A stretch of 64,000 nt of DNA, taken from positions 2,272,001-2,336,000 of the forward strand of contig OY970309.1 in the NCBI GenBank assembly GCA_963716395.1. Reading direction: 5' to 3'. Shown one piece after another: positions 10,132 to 19,112 of this stretch. The notes under the pieces were generated by a model that saw only the letters and a program-made list of their open reading frames with translations, made no database searches and was not told the origin of the DNA. The position numbers were made by a program, and so were the translations under genes. Position 1 is the first letter of the stretch; every line of letters begins with the position of its first letter. This stretch comes from an uncultured Fibrobacteria bacterium (GTDB lineage Bacteria; Fibrobacterota; Fibrobacteria; UBA11236).

Positions 10132-10461
10132 TCAGCGGCCGATCAGGAGGCGGCGCAATTCCTCCCAATTGTCGTCGAAGCGCAGGCCCTTATCATCGAT
10201 ATAAACGTCAGCGTAGATTTTTCGCGTGCCGAGATCCGCGCCCGGAACCGCCGCATTCACCGTGTCGAAGGGAATGCCGTTTTCGATCATGAACACCCGT
10301 ACGGCCCGTTCTTCTTCCCCGGCGCGGCAGGTCCAGATGGCGATTTTATGACCGGCCTTGTGCAAGGCGACAAGCGCTTCCTTGGCGCCGGGTTTGAGCG
10401 GTCCGATGGCGGGATAGCGGTGTTCGACCAAGGTCCCGTCGAAGTCCACGGCGATAATCAT
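10132..10461 (-). CDS. Small cap-less HAD-family phosphatase (BT0820-like)
   Basis: MIIAVDFDGT (DxD), WTCR, RKIYADVYIDDK: all four HAD motifs present. Confidence 0.85.
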   Translation of the reverse strand: MIIAVDFDGTLVEHRYPAIGPLKPGAKEALVALHKAGHKIAIWTCRAGEEERAVRVFMIENGIPFDTVNAAVPGADLGTRKIYADVYIDDKGLRFDDNWEELRRLLIGR

Positions 10462-10492
10462 GCCCAATGCCCTCGGGGTGCATATCCGGCCA

Positions 10493-11488
10493 TCAGATTT
10501 CCAGAATCCAGGTGTTGAGGGCGTGCTGGAATTCGACCATGGAGCGGGGCCGTTTTTCCACGTCGCGATCCATGCAGGCCAGCAGGAGTTCGCGCAGCTT
10601 CTCGCCTTTGTGAAACGGGATTTCCGGCACCTCGGGTTCGACGCGCGCCAATGCCGCCAGGCCTTCGCTGCGGAAGTCGATGGCCTCGCGTTTGGCGAAT
10701 GGATGCACGCCGGTGAAGGCGAAAGTCGCCATGCACGCCAGTGAAAAGATGTCGGTGCGGTGGTCGACCTGGTAATAGTCGCCGCCGAGCTGCTCGTAGG
10801 ACATATGCGAGGGCGTGCCCAGCACGGTGAGATGTTCGTCGGCCACGTCGTCTTTCACATAGGCCCAACGCGCCGCGCCCAAATCGGTGACGAAAGGCTC
10901 CCAGCCGCGCACGATGATGTTGCTGGGCTTGAGGTCGCGGTGGATGAGGCCGCGAAAGTGCAACTCGCCCACCACGCCCGCCACGGCGTTGATGAACACG
11001 ATGCGGCGCATCAGCTCTTTCAGGTCTTTCGGCTTTTTTTTGATCAGGTGCAGAAAATCCGGACCGTCGACGTATTCCATCATGGTGAAATAGTGGCGGT
11101 TGTGCAAATGCCCGTAGTCGTAGATCTTCACCACGTTGCGCACGTTCTGCGAGGTGAGATAGGTGTTGTAGAAGATCTCCGCGAGAAAGGTTTTGATGAT
11201 GCGGTTGTTGACCATGGGCTTGTCGGAGGCGTACAGCGAGGGCCGTAGCACGCGCAGCACCACGTCTTGCACCCCTTTGCCGGTCACGGTGACATGGGGC
11301 GCGAGAAACACGTCGCAGAAGCCGCCCGATCCCAGCCAGCGGGCGATGGCGAAATCGGGATCATAAGCGCGGAAATCCTCTTCCACCTGGCGGCGGTAGG
11401 TTTCCAGGGCGTCGGGCGATCCGCCTTCTTCCTGGCGGCCGCGGCGCGGAGTCAGCCAATTGGTGACGGTGGAGATGTGTAAATCCAT
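10493..11488 (-). CDS. Hanks-type Ser/Thr protein kinase-like protein (soluble; beta3 Lys replaced by Arg)
   Basis: LGSGGFCDVF, VVLRVL, HRDLKPSN, DLG, GTPSHMSYEQ, DIFSL, KRP motifs. Confidence 0.85.
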   Translation of the reverse strand: MDLHISTVTNWLTPRRGRQEEGGSPDALETYRRQVEEDFRAYDPDFAIARWLGSGGFCDVFLAPHVTVTGKGVQDVVLRVLRPSLYASDKPMVNNRIIKTFLAEIFYNTYLTSQNVRNVVKIYDYGHLHNRHYFTMMEYVDGPDFLHLIKKKPKDLKELMRRIVFINAVAGVVGELHFRGLIHRDLKPSNIIVRGWEPFVTDLGAARWAYVKDDVADEHLTVLGTPSHMSYEQLGGDYYQVDHRTDIFSLACMATFAFTGVHPFAKREAIDFRSEGLAALARVEPEVPEIPFHKGEKLRELLLACMDRDVEKRPRSMVEFQHALNTWILEI

Positions 11489-11592
11489 GGGGCGCCGCGC
11501 TGGTCAAAACCCAATGATATCAAAATTACCCCGGGTTTCTCCGGAGGTGCCTCAGCCCTTCATTCCGTACGGTTGCTAATTTGACGCACCGC

Positions 11593-12684
11593 ATGCAGGC
11601 TCCGGGAGAAACTCTGGTGGCGGTGGCCATGAGCGGCGGCGTCGATTCTTCGGTGGCGGCCCTGCTGTTGCAGCGCGCGGGTTACCGCGTGGTAGGGCTG
11701 ACCATGAAGCTGTGGAGCCCGCCGGCCTGCGACGACACGGGCGACAAAACCTGCTGCACCGTAGATTCGGCTTTGGACGCCAAGCGCGTCTGCGATCAAC
11801 TGGGCGTGCCGCATTACACCCTCGACATGCAGGCCGATTTCGAGGATCGCGTCATCCGGCCGTTTTACGACGCCTACCGCCGCGGCGAAACCCCGAACCC
11901 CTGCGTCAACTGCAACAGCTTCGTGAAATGGGATGCGCTCTGGAAGCGCGCCCAAGCCATCGGCGCGCAGCACATCGCCACCGGCCATTACGCCGTGCGC
12001 GTCGAAGAGGAAGGCTATGCCTACATCGTGCGCGGCGACGATCCCAACAAGGATCAAAGCTATTTCCTTTGGGGCATTCCGCCGGATTCGCTGCGGCGAA
12101 CTTTGTTTCCGCTGGGTGCGCTGACCAAGCCGCAGGTGCGCGTTCTGGCCGTCGAAGCCGGGTTGCGCACCGCACAGAAAAGCGAGAGCCAGGATATCTG
12201 TTTCGTGGCCAACGGGAATTACCGCGACTTCATCGCGGCGCGCGCGGCCGAACAAGGCCATGCTCTGGAACCCGGCCCCCTGGTGGGGCCGGAAGGCGAA
12301 ATTTTGGGAGAGCACCGCGGGCTGGCGCATTACACCGTCGGCCAACGCAAAGGCTTGGGTGTAGCCGTGGGCGAACCGCTGTATGTGCGCCGCTTGGAGC
12401 CTGCCACCAACACCGTGGTGCTGGGCCGCGCCGCCGATTTGGCGGCCTCTGTCTTTCGCGCCGACGGCTTCAACGGCTTCGGCCCGGAATGGACCGGCCG
12501 TGAACTGCTGGTGCAATACCGCTACCGCGCGACCGCGCGGCCGGCTTGGGCCGAACGCGGCGCCGGCGGAAGCGTGCAAGTTACCCTGCGCGAGCCGGGC
12601 ATCGGCATCAGCCCCGGTCAGAGCGCCGTGTTCTACGACGGACGACGCCTGTTGGGCGGCGCGCGCATCCGTGAAGTGGGTTAA
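11593..12684 (+). CDS. mnmA: tRNA 2-thiouridine(34) synthase MnmA
   Basis: AMSGGVDSS PP-loop, TPNPCVNCN, IATGHY, KDQSYFL, ESQDICF, YTVGQRKGLG, PGQSAVFY. Confidence 0.97.
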   Translation: MQAPGETLVAVAMSGGVDSSVAALLLQRAGYRVVGLTMKLWSPPACDDTGDKTCCTVDSALDAKRVCDQLGVPHYTLDMQADFEDRVIRPFYDAYRRGETPNPCVNCNSFVKWDALWKRAQAIGAQHIATGHYAVRVEEEGYAYIVRGDDPNKDQSYFLWGIPPDSLRRTLFPLGALTKPQVRVLAVEAGLRTAQKSESQDICFVANGNYRDFIAARAAEQGHALEPGPLVGPEGEILGEHRGLAHYTVGQRKGLGVAVGEPLYVRRLEPATNTVVLGRAADLAASVFRADGFNGFGPEWTGRELLVQYRYRATARPAWAERGAGGSVQVTLREPGIGISPGQSAVFYDGRRLLGGARIREVG

Positions 12685-12704
12685 GGTACTTCCGGTCTTG
12701 CGGC

Positions 12705-12771
12705 CTTCGACCGGCTCAGGCCGCATCGGTTGCCCTGGCCGCGGCTGTCGCGCTGGCTGAGCTTGTCGAAG
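12705..12771. repeat. REP-like inverted repeat pair between convergent genes
   Basis: CTTCGACCGGCTCAG (12705-12719) and inverted CTGAGCTTGTCGAAG (12757-12771); the same core occurs at 36988-37075. Confidence 0.6.
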
Positions 12772-12784
12772 CCAGCGACGGGTT

Positions 12785-13930
12785 TCAAAAACTCCAGTTC
12801 AGACGCAGATAAATCCCGTTGGCCGCGCCGTGCAGCCCCGCACCGGCGTAACCCGGATGTTGCCCGGCCAGTACCAGCGTCTGCGACAACAAAGTGAGAT
12901 CCCAGTTCTCGGCCAGCGAATAGGCCAGGGTCGGCAAAATGACCACGGCCCCGGCGTCGGGGGCATAGAGCAATCCCAAAGTGGGCGTGAACAGCGGCGT
13001 CACGGTTTTGCTGATCTGTCCGAACACAGCCCATTGCGAGGGAAAGGGGTTTTTGGCCGAGAGCCCGGTCGCGGCCCCGCTGAGCACGCCCGCCAAATCG
13101 CCCGCCCCTTGGCTGTTGAACAGCAGCGACCCCGACAGCCAGATGCCCCCAGGCAACGCCTCGTCGACTTCGGTCGTGACTACCACGGCGGCCGATCCGG
13201 AATCGGACACGGGTTCGAAAGCCGCGACCTCGCCCTTGAAGCTCGCTTCGCCCAGATTACCCGCCCATCCGAGGCCTTCGGCCGCATCGCCGCGCACCCA
13301 GCCGCCCAGCGCCTGAAAATCGTAAGTCCAGCGGTTGAAGCCCAGGCGCAGCGCGGCCACGGCTTTGTCTTGTGCGTCGATCTTGGCCGCGGCATCCAGG
13401 GTCAGCGGTCCGGGAAAGATTTGCAGACGCACCGCGTCGGAACCGGGGCGTTCGGGGTAATCGAAATCGAGAAAGTCGTAGGCATTGAACCAGTCATCGG
13501 GATTCCACGTGGTGGCCACGCCCCAATTCACGCGTTGCCGCCCCAGCGTCAACTGCCAGGCGGTTGCCTTCCATTGTGCCCAGGCGCGATCCACGGAAAG
13601 ATTCCAGATCGCGCCGGTCTGATCCACGACGTTCCAGGATAAATCCAAACGCCCCGGGTCTTGCGACAACTGCGAGCCGAGACCGGCGTAATCCCGTACG
13701 GCATCGCCGTAATACAAACGGTTGCGGCCTTCCAGCGCAGCCGAAAAAGGTCCGGCCGGCGCGAAGCGCACGTTGAGCCGGTTCTGCACCCAGTTCAAGG
13801 CATGCAGCGAATCGAGGTCGTCGGAGAATTGCGCGCCCTGCACCGCATCGACGTAACCTTGCAGTGACAGGGGGCCCTCGGCTGCGGCGGCCAGGCCCAA
13901 CAACCCGGCGAGGCTTGGGAGGATTTTCAT
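12785..13930 (-). CDS. Putative outer-membrane beta-barrel protein associated with the ABC/LolA-like operon
   Basis: Signal peptide; DRAW..W, LGRQRVNWG...WNPDD, ERPGSDAVRL; terminal YLRLNWSF. Confidence 0.75.
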   Translation of the reverse strand: MKILPSLAGLLGLAAAAEGPLSLQGYVDAVQGAQFSDDLDSLHALNWVQNRLNVRFAPAGPFSAALEGRNRLYYGDAVRDYAGLGSQLSQDPGRLDLSWNVVDQTGAIWNLSVDRAWAQWKATAWQLTLGRQRVNWGVATTWNPDDWFNAYDFLDFDYPERPGSDAVRLQIFPGPLTLDAAAKIDAQDKAVAALRLGFNRWTYDFQALGGWVRGDAAEGLGWAGNLGEASFKGEVAAFEPVSDSGSAAVVVTTEVDEALPGGIWLSGSLLFNSQGAGDLAGVLSGAATGLSAKNPFPSQWAVFGQISKTVTPLFTPTLGLLYAPDAGAVVILPTLAYSLAENWDLTLLSQTLVLAGQHPGYAGAGLHGAANGIYLRLNWSF

Positions 13931-14628
13931 CCCGCCTTTTGGGTTTCGTCGGCGGCGATGCGGCCGTCGACCAGGCGAATCACGCGATCGGCGCGTTCCA
14001 CCACGCGCGGGTCATGGGTGGAGAATAAAAAGGTGGTGTGTTCTTCTTGGTTCAGGCGGCGCATGATGTCGAGCAGATTCAGGGCCGAATGCGAATCGAG
14101 ATTGGCCGTGGGTTCGTCGGCCAGAATGAAACCCGGCCGCGATGCTAACGCGCGCGCCACGGCCACGCGCTGCTGCTCGCCGCCGGAAAGCTGCGCCGGC
14201 CGCTGATTCCGGCGCGCTCCGAGTCCCACGGCATCGAGGAGGTTGCGGGCGCGCTCTTCCCGTTCGGCGCGGGGTTTCCCCTGCAAGAGCAGGATGAATT
14301 CCACATTTTCGCGCGCCGTGAGCACGGGAATGAGATTGTAGGCCTGGAATACGAAACCGATATGGTGCAGGCGAAAATCGATGAGCTCGTTCGCGCCCAA
14401 AGTTTGCAGATCGCGGTTTTCCACGCGCAAGGTTCCCGAGGTCGGGCGATCGAGGCCGCCCAGCAGATTCAGCAAGGTGGTTTTGCCCGACCCCGAAGGG
14501 CCGATCACAGCGGTGAATTCGCCGCGCGCCACCGTGAGATCCACGCCATCGACGGCCTTCACCGGGACGGCGCCGCCATAAATCTTGGTGAGCCGGCGGG
14601 TTTCGATGACGGGAGATTCCGGTTGCAT
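13927..14628 (-). CDS. ABC transporter ATP-binding protein (LolD/MacB-like)
   Basis: [34 protein letters not shown]. Confidence 0.95.
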   Translation of the reverse strand: MQPESPVIETRRLTKIYGGAVPVKAVDGVDLTVARGEFTAVIGPSGSGKTTLLNLLGGLDRPTSGTLRVENRDLQTLGANELIDFRLHHIGFVFQAYNLIPVLTARENVEFILLLQGKPRAEREERARNLLDAVGLGARRNQRPAQLSGGEQQRVAVARALASRPGFILADEPTANLDSHSALNLLDIMRRLNQEEHTTFLFSTHDPRVVERADRVIRLVDGRIAADETQKAG

Positions 14629-14647
14629 GCTTCCTTTCCCGACGCGA

Positions 14648-15865
14648 TCACAAGGATCGAATCGCCTCTACGGGGCGCAATTTCAGGGCCTGGCGGGCGG
14701 GCAAAAGCGCCGAAAGCACGGCGGTGACCGACACCAAGGCCAGGGTTTCGAAGTAATGCCGCAGCAGCAGTTTGGGGTAGACGAAGGAGTCGAAGCCGAA
14801 CGACGAAAGCCCCTGCGCCCAATGCGACAGGTTGATGCCGGTGCGACCCAGCACGGCAGTGGTGAGCGCGGCCGCGCCCAACCCGAAGGGGCAGCCCGCG
14901 AACACGATGAACACGGTTTCGATCAGGATCATGCCGAACACGCGGCGGCGGTGCATGCCGAGCGCCATGAGCATGCCGATTTCGCGCGTGCGTTCCAGCA
15001 CCGACATGAGCATGGTGTTCATGATGCCGAAGGCCAGCCCCAGCAAGGTGATGACGAGGATCACCAGGATCTTAGCTTCGAAGCCGCTTTGCATGAAAGC
15101 GAGTTCCGGGGCCAATTGCCGCCAGCTTTCCACCACCAGCTTGGGACGCAGGGCCCGCACCGCCGCCACGGCCGAATCGACGGCGTCGCCCCGGCGCAAT
15201 CGCACCGCGATTTCCTGCACGGCGTCGGAGTCGAGCCCCAGCAAACGGTTCAGGGTCGCGCGCGGCACGAAGACCATGGCTTCGTCGAAATGCGCGTCGG
15301 TGGATTTGTAGACGCCCGCCACGCGAAAAGCGCCCGCAGCCATGCCGCCCTGGGCATCCTGAAAGGTGAGCACCACCTTGGCCTGCGGCTTCAGTCCGCG
15401 CTTGCGGGCCAACGCCGCGCCCACCACGATGGCGTTGCGGCCGGATGCCTGCAGAAAGGCGCCCTGGATGATTTTGCCGCCCATTCCCGTGGTGGCGTTT
15501 TCCGCGGCGGCGTCCACGCCCCGGATTTCCACGCCCGCCGCCCCATGCGCCTCCGAGAGCATGCCGCGCGCCAAGGTGCGGGCCGACACCGCGCGCGTGT
15601 CCGCTCCCGCGCGCAGCCTCTGCGCCAGCGCCGCGCCGCCGGGAATGGTCCGGTCTGCCGTGAATTCCGGTTTGAAGCCGGGCGCGTGGATTTGGAAATG
15701 CGAGACTTCGCCGTCGATGCCGGCGCGCACGTATTGATCGACCATGCCGTAGCCGAAGGCCATCATGAACAAGCCCGCCCACAATCCCACCGCCACCGAA
15801 GCGATGAGCAAGGCGCTGCGAAAAGGGCTGCGCCACACATTTCTCCAGGCCAAAATCGCCAGCAT
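14648..15865 (-). CDS. FtsX/LolE-like ABC permease
   Basis: LAWRNVWR..RS start; GIMNTMLMSVLERTREIGMLMALG; PARQALKLRPVEAI. Confidence 0.92.
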   Translation of the reverse strand: MLAILAWRNVWRSPFRSALLIASVAVGLWAGLFMMAFGYGMVDQYVRAGIDGEVSHFQIHAPGFKPEFTADRTIPGGAALAQRLRAGADTRAVSARTLARGMLSEAHGAAGVEIRGVDAAAENATTGMGGKIIQGAFLQASGRNAIVVGAALARKRGLKPQAKVVLTFQDAQGGMAAGAFRVAGVYKSTDAHFDEAMVFVPRATLNRLLGLDSDAVQEIAVRLRRGDAVDSAVAAVRALRPKLVVESWRQLAPELAFMQSGFEAKILVILVITLLGLAFGIMNTMLMSVLERTREIGMLMALGMHRRRVFGMILIETVFIVFAGCPFGLGAAALTTAVLGRTGINLSHWAQGLSSFGFDSFVYPKLLLRHYFETLALVSVTAVLSALLPARQALKLRPVEAIRSL

Positions 15866-15869
15866 GGTT

Positions 15870-17084
15870 TTATTTCCCCATCGAGGCCAAGGGATCGAGG
15901 CGCCACACCCGCAGCGCCGGAATCACGGCCAGCGCAGCGGCCAGCACCAACACCACCGCGCCTTGGTCGAAAAAAATGAAGGGGTGGGTGGCCGCCGGCA
16001 TCACCGGTTCCATGCCGAATTGCCGGAACGAGACCGCGGTCTGGCCCGTGAAGCGCAGCGGATGCGCCGCGAACCACAGCACCACCGGCAGGCTGCCGCC
16101 CAGGCCCGCGGCCGCGCCGAGGCCGATCAACCCCAGCGATTCGAGCAGCACCATGGCCGCCAGCCTGGTCCGATGCATGCCGATGGCGGCCAGCATGCCG
16201 AACTCGCGCCGCCGCTCATGCGTCATCATCAGCAAGGTGCTGAAGATGCCGAAGGCGATGATGAGATAGAGCACACCAATCATGATGGTGCCTCCGGCCT
16301 TGTCGCCGGCGATGGCCTGTTTGAGCTCGGGCAGCATTTCTTCCCAATCCATGACTTCGTAGCCTTTTCCCAGGGTTTTCCGCAGCGCGGCCCGCAGCAT
16401 CGGCACGTCCCGGGCCGCGGAGGGCCGCGCCACCCAGGCCGTGAGGCGGCCGTCGGCGGCGAACAGGGTTTGCGCCGCGGGCAAAGCGAGATACACCATG
16501 CGGCTGTTCAATTCCGGGGAACCGAAGCGCACCAGGCCGCGCACGGGATAGCGACCCGCGGCGCCGGCTCCGTGATAGCCCTGGCCCAGCAGAAACAAAG
16601 TATCGCCCACCGCCAGGTGCAATTGCCGCGCCAGTTCCTCGGCCACCAGCGCGCCGGCGTCGTTGCGGGCCAGATAGGAGCCGGCCGTGACGCGCGCGGC
16701 GAGATTCGTGATCTTGGTCTCTTTTTCCGGATCAATTCCAGCCACGGCCGCGGCCGTGGTCAGATTGCCGGTCGAAGCCAAGGCGAAGGATTCGAGGCGC
16801 GGCGCCAAATCCATCAGGCCCGGCTGTGTCCGCAGCTTGCGCTCCAGCGCGGCGTCGGGGGCGAAGCTGTTGTCGAGCGAGCGGTCGTCCCAATATCCCG
16901 CCCGGTGAATTTGCAGATACCCGGTGTACATGCCGGCCAGGTTGTCGATCATGCGATCATAGGTTCCGAATTGCAGCGACCGCATGGACACGGCCAGGAG
17001 CACGGCGAAGAACACCGACGCCGCGGTGATCAGCGAGCGGTTTTTGTTGCGCCACAGATTGCGCCAGGCCAGTAACGCGATCAT
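15870..17084 (-). CDS. FtsX/LolE-like ABC permease
   Basis: LAWRNLWRNKNRS; HERRREFGMLAAIG; 4-TM MacB-type topology. Confidence 0.92.
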   Translation of the reverse strand: MIALLAWRNLWRNKNRSLITAASVFFAVLLAVSMRSLQFGTYDRMIDNLAGMYTGYLQIHRAGYWDDRSLDNSFAPDAALERKLRTQPGLMDLAPRLESFALASTGNLTTAAAVAGIDPEKETKITNLAARVTAGSYLARNDAGALVAEELARQLHLAVGDTLFLLGQGYHGAGAAGRYPVRGLVRFGSPELNSRMVYLALPAAQTLFAADGRLTAWVARPSAARDVPMLRAALRKTLGKGYEVMDWEEMLPELKQAIAGDKAGGTIMIGVLYLIIAFGIFSTLLMMTHERRREFGMLAAIGMHRTRLAAMVLLESLGLIGLGAAAGLGGSLPVVLWFAAHPLRFTGQTAVSFRQFGMEPVMPAATHPFIFFDQGAVVLVLAAALAVIPALRVWRLDPLASMGK

Positions 17085-17087
17085 GCG

Positions 17088-17834
17088 TTAACGCAATCCC
17101 GTCAGATGGCGCAAGGTGAAGGTGTCGTCGGGGATGGGTTGATTGAACACCGCCGACCGATAGGTGAACACGGTTTTCTGGCCGGGCTTGTCGGCGGGGA
17201 TCATCTCCAGACGCGTGGGCATGAGCCGGCCGCCGAGCGTTTTGATCTCCGACCCGATCAAGGTGTTGACCAAGGCGCCGTCTTCGTCGTAGAACTCGGT
17301 TTTGAGTTCGAGATAATTTTTGACGCCGATCCACAGGCGCACCTTGCCCCACACCACCGGCGCGCCCGGTTTGGGCTGCAAGTCGATCACCCAGCACGGC
17401 CGTCCGAGCAAGGTGTCGCGCCCCGCCATGGTTTGCACGTAATCGTCGACCATCGAGGCTTCTTTGACGAAATCGTCGTTGGTCATGTCGGTGCCCATCC
17501 ACGACTGCGACATCATGGAGGGCGGCAGTTTGATGGTGCGCTCCAGCGCCGGCACCCAATTCCACACTTCGCGGCCGCGCTTGAGAAAGGCCGTGCCCTG
17601 ATCGTGGGCCGGCGCGGTGATGAGCACCAAGGCCAGGTCCTGGCCGCGCGACCAGGTCTTGATGCCGAGGGTGCGCGTCCAGGTGGGGCGGATGACTTCG
17701 ATGGAGACTTCGGTGGTCGAGGTTTTGCCGCGCATCTGCAGGTCGGCCTGGCGCACGATGTCATGGGCGTCTTGCGCCCGGGCGCCGGCCCACACCACCA
17801 GGGCCCCGGCCAATAAATTCCGGAAAGGAATCAC
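17088..17834 (-). CDS. Outer-membrane lipoprotein-sorting protein (LolA-like)
   Basis: Signal peptide; PAHDQGTAFL, KLPPSMMSQSWMGTDMTNDD, EFYDEDG motifs; GTG start. Confidence 0.85.
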   Translation of the reverse strand: MIPFRNLLAGALVVWAGARAQDAHDIVRQADLQMRGKTSTTEVSIEVIRPTWTRTLGIKTWSRGQDLALVLITAPAHDQGTAFLKRGREVWNWVPALERTIKLPPSMMSQSWMGTDMTNDDFVKEASMVDDYVQTMAGRDTLLGRPCWVIDLQPKPGAPVVWGKVRLWIGVKNYLELKTEFYDEDGALVNTLIGSEIKTLGGRLMPTRLEMIPADKPGQKTVFTYRSAVFNQPIPDDTFTLRHLTGLR

Positions 17835-17886
17835 GACGCGCGGAAAATAAAATATCCGCGGCGCTTCGGCCGGTTGCGAAAAATTT

Positions 17887-18978
17887 TCAATCGCTCTCGC
17901 GGGTCAGCACTTCGGTGGCGGTGGCCCGATTTTCGATGGTGGCAACGCTTTCATCCAGGCGGCGCAACGCTTCGAGCAGGAGCCCCATGGTATCGTCTGC
18001 GACGTTTTCGGTGGGCGGCGGTTCGTTCACGTTGAAATAGAAGACGCCGTCCTTCCAATGAAAGGCGGCGTACAGCGCTTCGGCGCCTTCCTGGTCATCC
18101 AGCAACGCGTAAATCAGGCGGCCTTCGCGAAAGCCGAAGTTCGCCTGCCGCAGACCTTCCTGCACGTACAGCGATCCCGTCAGGCGCGAAGACAGAATCG
18201 ATTGAAAGATGTCGGCGATGCCGAACAAGGCCAGGTTGCCGGAAATGCCCGGGGCCAGGAGCCGCGTCAGGCGCACATTGCTGACGCGGATGCGCTTGCT
18301 CAGCATGCGGTAGAGAATGATGCTGAGCAGGGGAAACTCCGACAGCAGGCGGTGGAATTCGGGGCGTGCCACCGCCAACAGCAGGCATTTCTCGGTGGCC
18401 TCGACGCGGTTGCTGGTGGCGGCGCCCGTGAGCAGCGACATTTCCCCGAAACAGTCGCCTTTGCGCAGCGTCGACAATTCGAGCACGCGGCCGTCGGCCC
18501 CCTGCGCCGTAACGCGCACCGCACCGGAGAGGATGACGAAGAAATATTCGCCGGCCACCTGATCTTCGAGAATCATTTCCCCCTTGCGGTAGCGCAGAAC
18601 GCTGGAGCGTTCGCGCACGCCGCGGGCGATGGGCGCCGGCAACTGTTCGAGAAACGAAACGGCCAATTGCCCTTCGGAGGTCAGCATGTCTTCAAGTTCG
18701 TTGGCCGGCCGGTTCAAATCGCGGGTGCGGCAATAGGCCCAGCGGCAGGAACAATGCTTGAACCCTGATTCGAAGCGGCCTTCGTCTCCGGCGCCTTCCA
18801 GCCCCAGGGGCAGAAAGCTGGTGACGGGCATGATGCAGCCGTGCGTGCGATGGGAGTAAACACCCGGGAGACGTACCTGCAACGTGTCGCCCCGGGTATA
18901 AAAAGGACAATTATCAAGGCTTAGGGCCTTGAGGGCATAGGCCGTTTCGGGCTGTTCTTCGTCGTCACGGGCGGGCAT
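17887..18978 (-). CDS. Cys-rich N-domain + cyclic-nucleotide-binding domain + DUF4388 (PatA-N-like) protein
   Basis: Start re-placed at ATG 18978. FFVILSGAVRV...GDCFGEMSLL cNMP fold; GISGNLALFGIADIFQ...TGSL...GRLIYA...W..G.F.F...LLEALRRLDE DUF4388. Confidence 0.85.
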   Translation of the reverse strand: MPARDDEEQPETAYALKALSLDNCPFYTRGDTLQVRLPGVYSHRTHGCIMPVTSFLPLGLEGAGDEGRFESGFKHCSCRWAYCRTRDLNRPANELEDMLTSEGQLAVSFLEQLPAPIARGVRERSSVLRYRKGEMILEDQVAGEYFFVILSGAVRVTAQGADGRVLELSTLRKGDCFGEMSLLTGAATSNRVEATEKCLLLAVARPEFHRLLSEFPLLSIILYRMLSKRIRVSNVRLTRLLAPGISGNLALFGIADIFQSILSSRLTGSLYVQEGLRQANFGFREGRLIYALLDDQEGAEALYAAFHWKDGVFYFNVNEPPPTENVADDTMGLLLEALRRLDESVATIENRATATEVLTRESD

Positions 18979-19112
18979 GACGCGAAGAATATAACTCGCG
19001 GAATCCCCGCCTTTCCAAGGCCGCCCCGAAGGCAAAAGCCCGTTTTTTCGGTGTTTGAGGGGCTGTAGGCGGTAACCGGCGCGGAATTCCGCCTGCGGGA
19101 ATGTGCGCCGCG

